A DNA stretch of 64,000 bases, from positions 18,856 through 82,855 of the IMG/VR virus record IMGVR_UViG_2721755846_000003. One strand, given 5' to 3'. The position numbers and the translations under genes are program-made. Of this stretch, positions 29,305-38,519 are shown in pieces. Every line of letters starts with the position of its first letter. Positions within the stretch are counted from its first letter, which is position 1. This DNA comes from a virus (Duplodnaviria; Caudoviricetes). Under the pieces are notes generated by a model, which saw only the letters and a list, made by a program, of their open reading frames with translations, ran no database searches and was not told where the DNA came from.

Positions 29305-29517
29305 ATGAGCGACGACACGACCGAGACCACGCCAGGCCCGGCGCCCGGCCCGCGCTACTTCACGACGGAGGGCGAGGGCGTACAGGTCGTCTACCACCTG
29401 ACGGACCCGGCGCCGTACTTCGAGCTGGGATACGAGGAGGTCGACGAGGCCGCCTATCTCGCGAGCCTGCCGGACCCCTCCGCCTCGCCGCTCCCCACAG
29501 CCCCGGACGGTGACTGA
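29305..29517 (+). CDS. Small acidic protein
   Basis: AGGAGG SD; RYF...YEEVDEAAY resembles 34596..34778. Confidence 0.55.
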   Translation: MSDDTTETTPGPAPGPRYFTTEGEGVQVVYHLTDPAPYFELGYEEVDEAAYLASLPDPSASPLPTAPDGD

Positions 29518-30167
29518 TGGCGGGTAGCTGCTGTGGGTCAACCCGCGTCATCCCGCGCCTGGACCCGGCGCCGTGCAACGCGCTCACACAGGCGGCGGCC
29601 GGGCTCCTCGTGCCACGTGCCGAGGTCGCCGGGATCGCCCCCGGCGGCGCGGTCTCGGCGACGCGCTCGGTCGACGTGGACGTGCAGGCACCGGCCGCCG
29701 GTGCTTGCCCGCAGACCTGGACGGTCGGGGCGCGCCTCACCCCGGTCAGCGGTGAAGTGCTCGGGGCAGACGCGAACCTGCAAGCCGTTGCCTCCGGAAC
29801 ATGGGTGGCGACCAGTGCCCAGGTCGTGCTTCCCGAGGCGGGGACGTACGTCCTGTCCGCCGACTTCTATTCGCACATCGCCGCGACCACGCCGTGGGCG
29901 GTGGCGATCAACGCCCGGCTGTTCAACGTCACCGCTGGGGCACCCGTGCCCGGCACCAACCGGCGCATCCAGTTCGGCAACATCAACGATCCCGGTGGAG
30001 GCACGGTGATGGCGCTGCAGAACGCCGGCAGCCTCAACGCCTTCCTCACCGTCACCGGGCCGACGACGATCCGCGTGGAAGGGCAGCGGCAGTACGTCGG
30101 CTTCAACGACTCCACACAGGCGCTCCTCGGAGGGCCACGCCTCGGTTTCCTGAAGGTGAGCGACTGA
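29517..30167 (+). CDS. Putative fibre/receptor-binding beta protein
   Basis: DPAPCNALT..GLLVP..GIAPGGAVSA..SVD; LPEAGTY; paralog of the next gene. Confidence 0.72.
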   Translation: MAGSCCGSTRVIPRLDPAPCNALTQAAAGLLVPRAEVAGIAPGGAVSATRSVDVDVQAPAAGACPQTWTVGARLTPVSGEVLGADANLQAVASGTWVATSAQVVLPEAGTYVLSADFYSHIAATTPWAVAINARLFNVTAGAPVPGTNRRIQFGNINDPGGGTVMALQNAGSLNAFLTVTGPTTIRVEGQRQYVGFNDSTQALLGGPRLGFLKVSD

Positions 30168-30811
30168 TGGCCGGTAGCTGCGGGCGTACGTACCGCGTTG
30201 ACGCGCCCGTGGACCCTGCGCCGTGCAACGCCCTCACCCGGACGGCGGGCGGGCTCCTCGTGCCGCACACCGCTCTCCAGGGCATCGCCCCCGGCGGCGC
30301 GGTGTCGGCGCAGCGCTCGGTCGACATCGACGTGACGCCGCCTGCCGCCGGGGCGTGCCCGGAGACGTGGCAGGTCGGGGCGCGGCTCACTCCGGTCAGT
30401 GGGCAGACGTCCGGCGCTGTCGGCATTCAAGGTTCCCCTTTCGACACGTGGATTCCCGTCACCGGGGCGCAGCTGGTGCTGCCGGAGGCGGGTGTCTACG
30501 AAGTGATCGCCGACGTTCAAGGCGGCGTGATCATGAACGGCAGCGTCTCCAACGCGATCATCCAAGCCCGGCTGTTCGACGTCACCGCGGGCGCCGTGGT
30601 GCCGTCCACCGTGCGGACCATCCTGCTCTTCGCCGCGACACCCTCCGCCAGCGTCCACACGCTTCAAGCCACGGCCTCGGCCTCGGCGCTGTACCAGGTG
30701 GCAGGGCCGAGAACGATTCGAGTCGAGGGCCTGAAGCACGTCGACAGCGGAACCACGAGCGGTGAAGCCGTCTGGGCACAGAACTTCCGCTTCAAGAAGG
30801 TGGCCGACTGA
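30167..30811 (+). CDS. Putative fibre/receptor-binding beta protein, paralog
   Basis: Near-identical N-terminus to 29517, divergent C-terminus; TGATG overlap. Confidence 0.72.
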   Translation: MAGSCGRTYRVDAPVDPAPCNALTRTAGGLLVPHTALQGIAPGGAVSAQRSVDIDVTPPAAGACPETWQVGARLTPVSGQTSGAVGIQGSPFDTWIPVTGAQLVLPEAGVYEVIADVQGGVIMNGSVSNAIIQARLFDVTAGAVVPSTVRTILLFAATPSASVHTLQATASASALYQVAGPRTIRVEGLKHVDSGTTSGEAVWAQNFRFKKVAD

Positions 30812-31302
30812 TGACGGGAACGGCCGCGAGCCTCAACCGGGTTGACGGGGCGTGGGCAGACTCGACCACGCTCAACTTCCTGCACACGCTCACCGGGGCA
30901 CTCCGGGCGTGGGAGGCCATCCCCGAGGTGCCGTTGCTGACCATCCCGCGCGCCGGTGTCTGGGAGGTCAACTTCCAGGTGCGCGGCGTCGCGCTGCTCC
31001 CGGCTCCGGGCGCAGCGAACACCGACACGGGTGTCGTCGCCGGCATGTACAAGAACGGGGCTCTCGTTGCCGGTACGGAAGCGATGGTGATCTACCACAG
31101 CGAACTCGCGGGCGACCAGGGCAAGCAGATCCAGGCGACGGGCTCGCGGCAGTTCATGCACCTGTTCGCCGCCGGGGACACGGTGGGGCTCGGCGCCTAT
31201 CGCCTCGGCACGTTCGGCAGCGCCGCGGTGGTCAGCAACGGCGACGGCCGCACGTACATCTCGGCCCACTGGGTCGCCCCGGAAGGAGACACCCCAGCAT
31301 GA
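30811..31302 (+). CDS. Putative beta-sandwich virion protein
   Basis: MTGTAASL start, LTIPRAGVWEV; TGATG overlap. Confidence 0.68.
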   Translation: MTGTAASLNRVDGAWADSTTLNFLHTLTGALRAWEAIPEVPLLTIPRAGVWEVNFQVRGVALLPAPGAANTDTGVVAGMYKNGALVAGTEAMVIYHSELAGDQGKQIQATGSRQFMHLFAAGDTVGLGAYRLGTFGSAAVVSNGDGRTYISAHWVAPEGDTPA

Positions 31303-31769
31303 CCGGAACCGCCGCCAGTCTCGACACCGGCGGTAGCGGCTTCGCTGCCCTACCGGCAGGCGTCGACCTCACGTCGGCCGCCTCCGGCGCATGGGTCAAC
31401 CTCGGGCTGTCCCTCGCGCTGCCTACGGCCGGCACCTACCACCTCGACGCGGTCGTCCGGGGAAACATCGGCCGAATGGGCACGGGCGAGAACGCGCTCA
31501 TCACCGCCCGGCTGTGGGACATCACCGCGGGCGCCATCGTCCCCGACAGTCAGGCCATCGTCGTACAGATCGCCGAGTTCGCCCCGGGTGCCGCGACCGC
31601 CTTGCAGTGGAACAGCTCCGCCGCGATCAGCGTCGAGTACAAGCCCACTTCGCCGAGGACGATCCGGCTGGAAGTCGCCCGAACCGACATCGCGGGGACG
31701 ACTGAGACGGCCGGGATCGGTTCCGACACTCTCCAGCGCACCACCCTGCGATACGCGCGCGTCGCGTAG
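31299..31769 (+). CDS. Putative beta-sandwich virion protein, paralog
   Basis: MTGTAASL start, LPTAGTYHL..ARLWDITAGAIVP shared with 29517/30167. Confidence 0.68.
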   Translation: MTGTAASLDTGGSGFAALPAGVDLTSAASGAWVNLGLSLALPTAGTYHLDAVVRGNIGRMGTGENALITARLWDITAGAIVPDSQAIVVQIAEFAPGAATALQWNSSAAISVEYKPTSPRTIRLEVARTDIAGTTETAGIGSDTLQRTTLRYARVA

Positions 31770-31796
31770 CCCCTCACCCCTCTTGGAGGTCCCCTC

Positions 31797-32279
31797 ATGT
31801 CCGGTACCAGCGGCAGCGTTTCGGCGGCAGCGGCAGCCGATGCCGAGTACGAGATCCTGTGCGACGTCCAGGCCGACGGCACCAGCACGCCGTTCCTGCG
31901 GCACTACACCACCAGCGGCACCGGCGCCCCGGCCGTGTCGGACACCGGGCTGGACGGCACCACGCCGTACGCGCCGACTGGCACCGTCGTACGGTGCGGC
32001 ACCAGCCCGTCCCCGCAGATCGACAGCACGGCGCAGCGGCAGACCGGCGTCGGGGCCGTCACCATCACGGCCGGCGCCCGCTCGGTGACGCTCCTGGTGT
32101 TCGCCGGCTCGCCCACGGTGGCGATCGGCGGAGGGGCGGCCGTGGCGTTCCCTGCGGGCAGCTCCGGCACCTGGTCCGTCGACCAGGGCGGGAAGAACGG
32201 CGAGAAGCTCCAGGACGCTTTCGTGTTCACCGGGGTGGCGGGCTCGGATTTCATCGTCCTGTCCACGCGCGAGCTGTAA
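31797..32279 (+). CDS. Protein with one LCDVQADGT module
   Basis: ILCDVQADGTSTPFLRHY...LDGTTPYAPTGTV; GGAGG SD. Confidence 0.72.
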   Translation: MSGTSGSVSAAAAADAEYEILCDVQADGTSTPFLRHYTTSGTGAPAVSDTGLDGTTPYAPTGTVVRCGTSPSPQIDSTAQRQTGVGAVTITAGARSVTLLVFAGSPTVAIGGGAAVAFPAGSSGTWSVDQGGKNGEKLQDAFVFTGVAGSDFIVLSTREL

Positions 32280-32288
32280 CCGCGGCTG

Positions 32289-32597
32289 ATGCCCACGAAC
32301 GGCACCTACACGCCGCCCTCACCGCGCATCGAGCGCGCGACCGGGGTGACGGACGGCAGCGGGAACGTGACCTTCACCTGGCCCGCCGGGGCGTTCTCCG
32401 CTCCGCCTGTGGTGACGCACTCCATTGAGGCGGCGGCGGTCGGGGTGCGCACCGCGCGGATCACCGCGAACAGTGCGACGGCTACCACCTTCCAGGTGCT
32501 CGTCACGACCGGCGTGACCGTCCTCGGGATCAGCGTCCTGGGCCCCGGTGTCGCCGCGTCCGGGGTCACGGTGCACGCCCACGCCGTCGCCCCATAA
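32289..32597 (+). CDS. Small beta-rich virion protein (H-lectin/gp53-like)
   Basis: TDGSGNVTFTWPAGAFSAPPVV...GVTVHAHA; similar to the C-terminal part of 47207. Confidence 0.6.
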   Translation: MPTNGTYTPPSPRIERATGVTDGSGNVTFTWPAGAFSAPPVVTHSIEAAAVGVRTARITANSATATTFQVLVTTGVTVLGISVLGPGVAASGVTVHAHAVAP

Positions 32598-32603
32598 CCC
32601 CCA

Positions 32604-32675
32604 TAGACTCACCTGGAACGCCGCTGGTTTAGGGCCGGGCGCCTCCTCCACCCCTTCACGAGGAGCACCCCCATG
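32604..32675 (+). promoter_or_regulatory. Late leader motif, locus 2
   Basis: TAGACT 32604-32609; GCCGCTGGTTTAGGGCCGGGC 32620-32640; CTCCTC / GAGGAG anti-SD. Confidence 0.8.
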
Positions 32676-34583
32676 GGCAAGTGCTGTGGCCTGAGCCCCT
32701 GCAACTGCCGCGTGACCGCCGGGTCCGGCGTCACGGTCAACGGCAACGGCTCGCCAGCCAACCCCTACGTCATCAGCGCCGACTCGGCCACGCCAACCGC
32801 CGTGCAGGCAGCAGATACCCCCACGGTCGACACCACCGTCAGCGGCACCGGCACGGCCGCGGACCCGTACGTCGTCAGCTCCGCCGTCATCCTGGACCCG
32901 GTCCCGCCTGGTGGCGGCAGCAACCTCGCCCACGCCGGGCCGGACGGCATCTATGTGGAGTGCGCGGACGTACGGCAGTGCATCTCCTCCGGGGACGGCG
33001 CAGCGTACGACCCGGCCACGGGCGTGGTGTCCGCGCGGGCCTCCACGGACGCGGGTAACACCGTGGTGTTCGGCTCGGACGGTGGCCTGTTCTCCGCTGG
33101 CGGAGGCGGCGGTGCCCCCACGGTCGTCCAGGCCGGGGACACCACCACGGCGGACAACACCGTGACGGGTACCGGCGCGGCCGGCGACCCGTACGTGGTC
33201 ACCACCGACGTCATCGTGGACCCGGCCCCGCCCGCCGGGGGAATCAACCTGCTCAACGCCGGGCCCGATGGCCTGTACGTGGAGTGCGCCGACGTGCGGC
33301 AGTGCTTCTCCGCCGGGGACGGGGCGGCCTACGACCCGGCCACCGGGGAGATCAGCGCCCGCGTCTCCGGGGACGCCGGCAACCAGACCACCTTTGGGGC
33401 GGACGGCGGGATCTACACCCCCGCCGCGGCGACGGCGCTCGTGGCCGCCGACACCCCCACGGTGGACGTGACCGTGACCGGTACCGGCACGGCCGCCGAC
33501 CCCTACCAGGTGGCCGCCGCGGTAATCCTCGACTCCACCCCGCCTGGCGGTGGCAGCAACCTCCTGGAGGAGGGCCCGGGCGGGCTCTACGTGGAGTGCG
33601 CCGACGTGCGGCAGTGCTTCTCCGCCGGGGACGGCGCCGCGTACGACCCGGCCACCGGGGAGTTCTCCGCGCGCCTGTCGACCGATGCCGGCAACACCGT
33701 GGCGTTCGGCGCGGACGGCGGCCTGTACTCGAACGGCGGCACGCCCACGGCGCTCCAGGCCGCGGACACCCCGACGCTCAACGCCACGGTGACCGGCACG
33801 GGGGCTGCGGGGGACCCGTACATCGTCTCTGGGGACGTCGTGGTCGCCCCGGAGCCCAACGGCGTGGAGGCGGCCGCAAACGGGCTCCTGGTGGCCCCCA
33901 GCGCGGACACCGGGAACCGGTTGGCGTTCGGCGCGGACGGCCGGCTGTTCGTGCCGCCGGTCCCCCCGCCGGAGGTCGGCTGCGGCCTCCAGGGCGACGG
34001 CACCGCCGCCTCTCCGCTGGCCGCGTTTCCCATCGCCGGCTCCCAGCCGTGGACGGACGACTGGAACTGTGACCCGGTCGCCAACAGCACGCTGAAGTGC
34101 GACCCGAGCAGCGGAGCCCTGTGGACGCCGCCCGAGCACACCAACGCCGCCGTCACCGTCCAGCAGAACCACCCGCTCGGCGTGCCGACCATCGCCGTAA
34201 CGGGCGGGTTCGTCCTCGTCGACTCCACCGCCTGGTCCGAAGGCGCCTACACCGCCGACAGCCTGAGCGCCTGCCGTGGCATCAGCTTCTCCACCCGGTT
34301 CACCGGCCACGTGGAACTCACCTGGCCGGCGAACGCTCAGTTCGACCTCGGGTATGCCGTGCAGATCAACGGCGGCGCCCTGGCCGTGCGGCAGACGCAC
34401 AGCGTCCTCGCCAACGGCCCGGCCCGCCACGAGCGGTACAGCTTCGGCATCTCGCAGGCGACCGTCCTGCCCCCGCACACCGGCTACGCGGTGCGCGTCT
34501 ACCCGGCGATCCGCGTGACGGCCGGCACCGTCACGATCAACCAGTGGATCACCGACACCGACCTCATCGCCATGACCCGGTAA
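32673..34583 (+). CDS. Tail-fibre-like protein with ~3.5 tandem ~105 aa repeats
   Basis: Repeats of TVTGTGTAADPY...GPDGLYVECADVRQCFSAGDGAAYDPATG..SARxSxDAGN..FGADGG. Confidence 0.8.
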   Translation: MGKCCGLSPCNCRVTAGSGVTVNGNGSPANPYVISADSATPTAVQAADTPTVDTTVSGTGTAADPYVVSSAVILDPVPPGGGSNLAHAGPDGIYVECADVRQCISSGDGAAYDPATGVVSARASTDAGNTVVFGSDGGLFSAGGGGGAPTVVQAGDTTTADNTVTGTGAAGDPYVVTTDVIVDPAPPAGGINLLNAGPDGLYVECADVRQCFSAGDGAAYDPATGEISARVSGDAGNQTTFGADGGIYTPAAATALVAADTPTVDVTVTGTGTAADPYQVAAAVILDSTPPGGGSNLLEEGPGGLYVECADVRQCFSAGDGAAYDPATGEFSARLSTDAGNTVAFGADGGLYSNGGTPTALQAADTPTLNATVTGTGAAGDPYIVSGDVVVAPEPNGVEAAANGLLVAPSADTGNRLAFGADGRLFVPPVPPPEVGCGLQGDGTAASPLAAFPIAGSQPWTDDWNCDPVANSTLKCDPSSGALWTPPEHTNAAVTVQQNHPLGVPTIAVTGGFVLVDSTAWSEGAYTADSLSACRGISFSTRFTGHVELTWPANAQFDLGYAVQINGGALAVRQTHSVLANGPARHERYSFGISQATVLPPHTGYAVRVYPAIRVTAGTVTINQWITDTDLIAMTR

Positions 34584-34595
34584 GGAGCCCTGACC

Positions 34596-34778
34596 GTGCG
34601 CTACTTCCTGCACAGCAACGGCGGCTGGCTGACCGTCAGCGGCGACGCCGACGTGTTCAACGTCGTGCCCGACGGCTACCGCGAGGTGACCGAGGCCGAG
34701 TACAACGAGGCGGCCGGCGTCATCATCGTGGAGCTGCCGACCGGCAACGACGGCGACGGCGACCAGTCGGCCGTCTGA
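34596..34778 (+). CDS. Small acidic protein (fibre chaperone-like)
   Basis: AAGGAG SD; RYF...PDGYREVTEAEY. Confidence 0.6.
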   Translation: MRYFLHSNGGWLTVSGDADVFNVVPDGYREVTEAEYNEAAGVIIVELPTGNDGDGDQSAV

Positions 34779-34820
34779 AAGCTGCCTGCTCGCAGCCGGG
34801 TTCCAGGGCCCGGCCGCAGC

Positions 34821-34905
34821 TAAACTGAACTCGCCGCTGGCTTCGGGCCGGGCAACATGTCGCTGGTTGAGGGCCGGGCTTCCTGCACGTAGGAGGCACG
34901 GCATG
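34821..34905 (+). promoter_or_regulatory. Late leader motif, locus 3 (two tandem copies; major tail)
   Basis: TAAACT 34821-34826; copies 34833-34853 and 34859-34879; GCCGGGCTTCCT / AGGAGGCACGGC anti-SD. Confidence 0.8.
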
Positions 34906-35580
34906 TCCTGCCCGCTCATCGCGAACGCGGACGTCATGCGCATCACCCGGGTTGACCAGTGTGGCAACCCGATCCCCGGCCCCGACAACGGCTATGTGTT
35001 CGACTGCTTTTCGAGCCTGGCCATGAACAACAACTCCGATGACGGCGATGACATCGAGTACAAGGCCGCCAACGGCCGGGTCTGCGGCTTCAAGAAGGGG
35101 TGCCCCACGTTCAGGGGGTTCGACCTGGAGCTGAACGTGTACTCCGTCTCTCCGGAGCTGATCGAGATCCTGACCGGCAACCCGGTGGTGCTCGGGTTCG
35201 ACGGCAAGCCGATCGGTTTCGACACCTGCTCCGTGAAGTGCGACACCGGTTTCGCGGTGGAACTCTGGGCGGACGTCCTGGGCGACGCGTGTGTCGCGGG
35301 TGCCACGGGCCAGTGGATCTACTTCCTCCTGCCGTGGGTGTCCAACGGCCTGCTCGGCGACCTGGAGATCGGATCCGAGGCGGTCACCCTCCAGATCACC
35401 GGCTCCACCAAGACCGGCGGGAACTGGGGCGTCGGCCCGTACGACGTCCAGCCGGCGGACGCCGCCAACACCCCCGGCCCGCTCCTCACGCCGCTAGGCG
35501 CCAACTGCCACCGGCGCACGTTCATCACCACCGTCGCGCCCCCGGCGCCCTCCTGTGACTACGTTCCGGTCCCGGTCTGA
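34903..35580 (+). CDS. Major tail protein
   Basis: MRITRVDQCGNP, KAANGRVC, FAVELW, YFLLPW, WGVGPYDV as in actinophage tail tubes. Confidence 0.82.
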   Translation: MSCPLIANADVMRITRVDQCGNPIPGPDNGYVFDCFSSLAMNNNSDDGDDIEYKAANGRVCGFKKGCPTFRGFDLELNVYSVSPELIEILTGNPVVLGFDGKPIGFDTCSVKCDTGFAVELWADVLGDACVAGATGQWIYFLLPWVSNGLLGDLEIGSEAVTLQITGSTKTGGNWGVGPYDVQPADAANTPGPLLTPLGANCHRRTFITTVAPPAPSCDYVPVPV

Positions 35581-35596
35581 CCCAGTGGCCACCAGT

Positions 35597-35627
35597 GCAG
35601 CCGCGCGGCGCCTCGTCGCGCGGCTGC
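35597..35627 (+). terminator. Stem-loop after major tail gene
   Basis: GCAGCCGCGCGGCG / CGTCGCGCGGCTGC. Confidence 0.6.
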
Positions 35628-35648
35628 CGCGTACTCAGGAGGTGAGTC

Positions 35649-36458
35649 ATGCCGCTCCAGACGACGGCGTGCAATCCGTGGCCGGTGGACCTGTGCTGCG
35701 ACGTGGCGGGCGTGGAGGCGGCCACCCTGGAGCGGTGGCAGCGCGTGGCCACCCAGATCCTGTGGCGCTTGTCCGGCCGACGCATCGGCGTGTGCGACGT
35801 GACCGTACGGCCTTGCAGGCGGGCGTGCCTGGACTCCGGGCCGATCTCGTTCCAGGCCGGGGTGGGCACCGGCCCGTGGGTGCCGTACATCGGCGTGGAT
35901 GGCGCCTGGCGCAACGCGTCGGTGTGCGGCTGCGCGCCGTCCGGCTGCTCCTGCTCGGAGCTGTGTGAGGTCAAGCTCGGCGGGCCCGTCCACTCCGTGG
36001 TGCGCGTCAACGTGGACGGGGTGGACCTGGTGCCGGGGGTGGAGTACCGGGTGGACGCGCCGAGCCTGCTCGTGCGCCTGGGCGGGGAGTGCTGGCCCAC
36101 CTGCCAGGAGATGGCCGAACCGGAGTTCACGGCCGGGACGTTCACCGTGGTCTACCGGTGGGGCATCGAGCCGGACGACTCCGCCATCGCCGCGGTGTCG
36201 GAGCTGACCTGCCACCTCCTCAAGGGATGCGGCGGCACCGGCTCCTGCGGCTGCAAGGCCAACCGCAACGTCACCCGGCTGCAACGCCAGGGCGTGGAGA
36301 TGGAGATGCCGGACCCCACCGTCTTCTACAGCTCCGGCCTGACCGGCCTCCCGCTGGCCGACCTGTTCCTCACCACGGTTAACCCGGGACGGCTCTCACG
36401 GCCGTCCCGGGTGTACTCCGTGGACTACCAGCGCCCACGAAAGGCGACGTGGCCATGA
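35649..36458 (+). CDS. Head-to-tail adaptor
   Basis: ILWRLSGRR.G.C..TVRPC, WPTCQ, RQGV, TGLP..D.F...NP. Confidence 0.75.
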   Translation: MPLQTTACNPWPVDLCCDVAGVEAATLERWQRVATQILWRLSGRRIGVCDVTVRPCRRACLDSGPISFQAGVGTGPWVPYIGVDGAWRNASVCGCAPSGCSCSELCEVKLGGPVHSVVRVNVDGVDLVPGVEYRVDAPSLLVRLGGECWPTCQEMAEPEFTAGTFTVVYRWGIEPDDSAIAAVSELTCHLLKGCGGTGSCGCKANRNVTRLQRQGVEMEMPDPTVFYSSGLTGLPLADLFLTTVNPGRLSRPSRVYSVDYQRPRKATWP

Positions 36459-36460
36459 CC

Positions 36461-37207
36461 TCAGTCAGCCAGCCAAGCCCACTTCTCGCGGCGGATGATG
36501 GCGCTCACGGTCGTCTGGTCGACGCCGTACTCGTCGGCCAGCCTTTGCTGGGTCACGACCCGCGGAACGTACCGGCGCCGGATCGCCCGCACGTCGTCCT
36601 CGGTCAGCTTGGCGTCGGGGCGGTCCTCGCCCCGGTTGCTCCGCTCCGCCTCCACCATGTCCCGGGAGTTCTGCGCGGGCGTGTCCGCGTACAGGTGACG
36701 GATGTTCACGCACCCGTTGGTACCCGAACCTCCGTTGCAGCGGTGCAGGACCGAGACGTCCGCGCCGGGGTCGCCGTGGCGGAGCATCCACACCACCCTG
36801 GCGGCCGTCCTGCGCTTTCCTGCGTAGCGAGCGAGGGCCCCGCGGCCCTCGGCGCCAGGCGGCACCAGGCAGTTGTCAGTGGCGGCGTGCGCGGCGTCTC
36901 GCAGGAAGGCCATGACCGCGCCCGGCGTCGTCCTGGTCTTCGCGGCCGGGTCGCCGTGCCTGCGGCGGCGAGTGTCGTGCTTCTTGCACAGGCCCCGCAG
37001 TCGGTTGGCCACGGCTCCCGAGCAGCGCACGCCGTCCTCGGTGACCGTGCAACTGGCGGGGACCGGGCGGAGGCCGGGCCGGGTGGCGGGGTCCACGCCG
37101 TGGCGGCGGGCGTAGCGGTAGCACGCTTCGCAGCGACCGCCCACGAGGCGCCCGGTGTTCGTGCAGGGTGGCGTGCCGCACAAGGGCGCGCCCGTACGCT
37201 GTGCCAT
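36461..37207 (-). CDS. HNH homing endonuclease-like protein, antisense insertion
   Basis: GLCKKH, VLHRCN...CVNIRHL..DT.AQN..D, AKLTEDDV...LADEYGV...W. Confidence 0.85.
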   Translation of the reverse strand: MAQRTGAPLCGTPPCTNTGRLVGGRCEACYRYARRHGVDPATRPGLRPVPASCTVTEDGVRCSGAVANRLRGLCKKHDTRRRRHGDPAAKTRTTPGAVMAFLRDAAHAATDNCLVPPGAEGRGALARYAGKRRTAARVVWMLRHGDPGADVSVLHRCNGGSGTNGCVNIRHLYADTPAQNSRDMVEAERSNRGEDRPDAKLTEDDVRAIRRRYVPRVVTQQRLADEYGVDQTTVSAIIRREKWAWLAD

Positions 37208-37268
37208 GTCGACTCCTACTCAGTCGGCGTTGCCCCCGGGATGGCGCCCACCGCCGTCCTGGGGGTCT
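37205..37268 (-). promoter_or_regulatory. HNH leader, copy 4
   Basis: Minus strand AGACCCCCAGGACGGCG-GTGGG-CGCCATCCCGGGGGCAACGCCGACT-GAGTAGG-AGTCGAC-ATG. Confidence 0.72.
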
Positions 37269-37304
37269 GCTATGTCGGGTTCGACCGTAACGGGAGGGTC
37301 TGAC

Positions 37305-37913
37305 ATGGCCCTGAACCTCACCGCCGTCCAGGACGTGGCGGAGGCCCTGCTGGGGTGCGCGTGCGCGGCTCTGCAGGGCGCGGCCAGCCAGGTGGAAGGC
37401 CAGCCGGGATGCCCCTGCCGTAGCTGCCTCGTGCCGGGCACACCGGCGTGGGACTCCTGCGATGACCCGTGCAACATGAGCCCGGACGGTGGGGCCGGTG
37501 GCCAACTCACCGTCAACGTCTCGCGGCTGTACTCCTCCACGGAATTCCCCACCGTCGACCGCACCCTGCCGCCCACCCAGGCGAGAGGCAGGACCATGTG
37601 CGCGGCGCCGCCGGCCACGGCCGTGGAGCTTGTGGTCACGCTGCTGCGCTGCGCCCCCTCGTTCGATGAGGGCGGCTGCCCGCCCTCGTGCGAGGCGCTG
37701 GGGGAGGCGGCCCGCATCCTGCACACGGACATGGTGGTCGTGCGCAACGCCCTGGAGTGCTGCCTGCCCGACAGCGGCGAGCAGCGGCGCGGCCGGGTGG
37801 TGTTCGTCGGGGAGTCCCGCGCAATCGGCCCGCAAGGCGGCTGCGTTGGGTTGGAACAGCGCGTCATCGTGGCCCTGCCTGGCTGTCTGTGCCCGCAGGA
37901 GGGGACGCCGTGA
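37305..37913 (+). CDS. Cys-rich neck/tail-terminator-like protein
   Basis: GGGAGG SD; LLRCAP, GPQGGCVG; position between adaptor and tail chaperones. Confidence 0.7.
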   Translation: MALNLTAVQDVAEALLGCACAALQGAASQVEGQPGCPCRSCLVPGTPAWDSCDDPCNMSPDGGAGGQLTVNVSRLYSSTEFPTVDRTLPPTQARGRTMCAAPPATAVELVVTLLRCAPSFDEGGCPPSCEALGEAARILHTDMVVVRNALECCLPDSGEQRRGRVVFVGESRAIGPQGGCVGLEQRVIVALPGCLCPQEGTP

Positions 37914-38287
37914 GCGTGGAGGTACGCATCAACCAGGGCGCCCTGGCACGGCTGCTGCGCGCCCGCAGCGGGCCCGCACGGCGCAAGCTGGAGCAGCGCA
38001 CGGAGCGGGTGGCCCGGATCGCCGTGGCGGATGCCCCCGGCAGCATGGGCCAGTACATCACTACCGACATTCAGGAGGGGCCGCGCGGCCTCCAGGGCGT
38101 CATCACCTGCCATCACCCCAAGGTGCGCCTGGTGCTGGATGGCACCCGGCCTCACATCATCCGCCCCCGTAACAAGCGCTACCTGCGCTTCGAGGTGGGC
38201 GGCGACGTGGCGTTCGCCAAGCTGGTGCGCCACCCCGGAACCCGGCCCAACAACTTCCTGGCCCGGGCGCTCCGCCTGGGCCGGTAG
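37910..38287 (+). CDS. HK97-gp10-like tail completion protein
   Basis: DGTRPHIIRP...LRF...VRHPGTRPNNFLARAL. Confidence 0.75.
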   Translation: MSVEVRINQGALARLLRARSGPARRKLEQRTERVARIAVADAPGSMGQYITTDIQEGPRGLQGVITCHHPKVRLVLDGTRPHIIRPRNKRYLRFEVGGDVAFAKLVRHPGTRPNNFLARALRLGR

Positions 38288-38519
38288 GTAGCGCGTCCTA
38301 TTTGCAGCGTGCCCCCTGCCGACTGGACAGGTCCGATGGACGTCCGTCGAATCCCGAATTAAAATGAAATAGCGCATTCAGGCGGGAGCGGAACTTACTG
38401 GTACCCACAAGGCCTCAGACCTCCCGGCGACGCGAACCATGGGGCATTTCAGTGGTGGACCATCGCCATGCGGCTGGGTCGGTCGGGTGGGCCCGTCTAC
38501 CATTCCCAAGGAGAATCCT

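Noticed and set aside
5996-37268. HNH leaders as HEARO/omega RNA of IscB-type systems
   Set aside because: The proteins lack PLMP and RuvC motifs and the leaders are only about 60-75 nt
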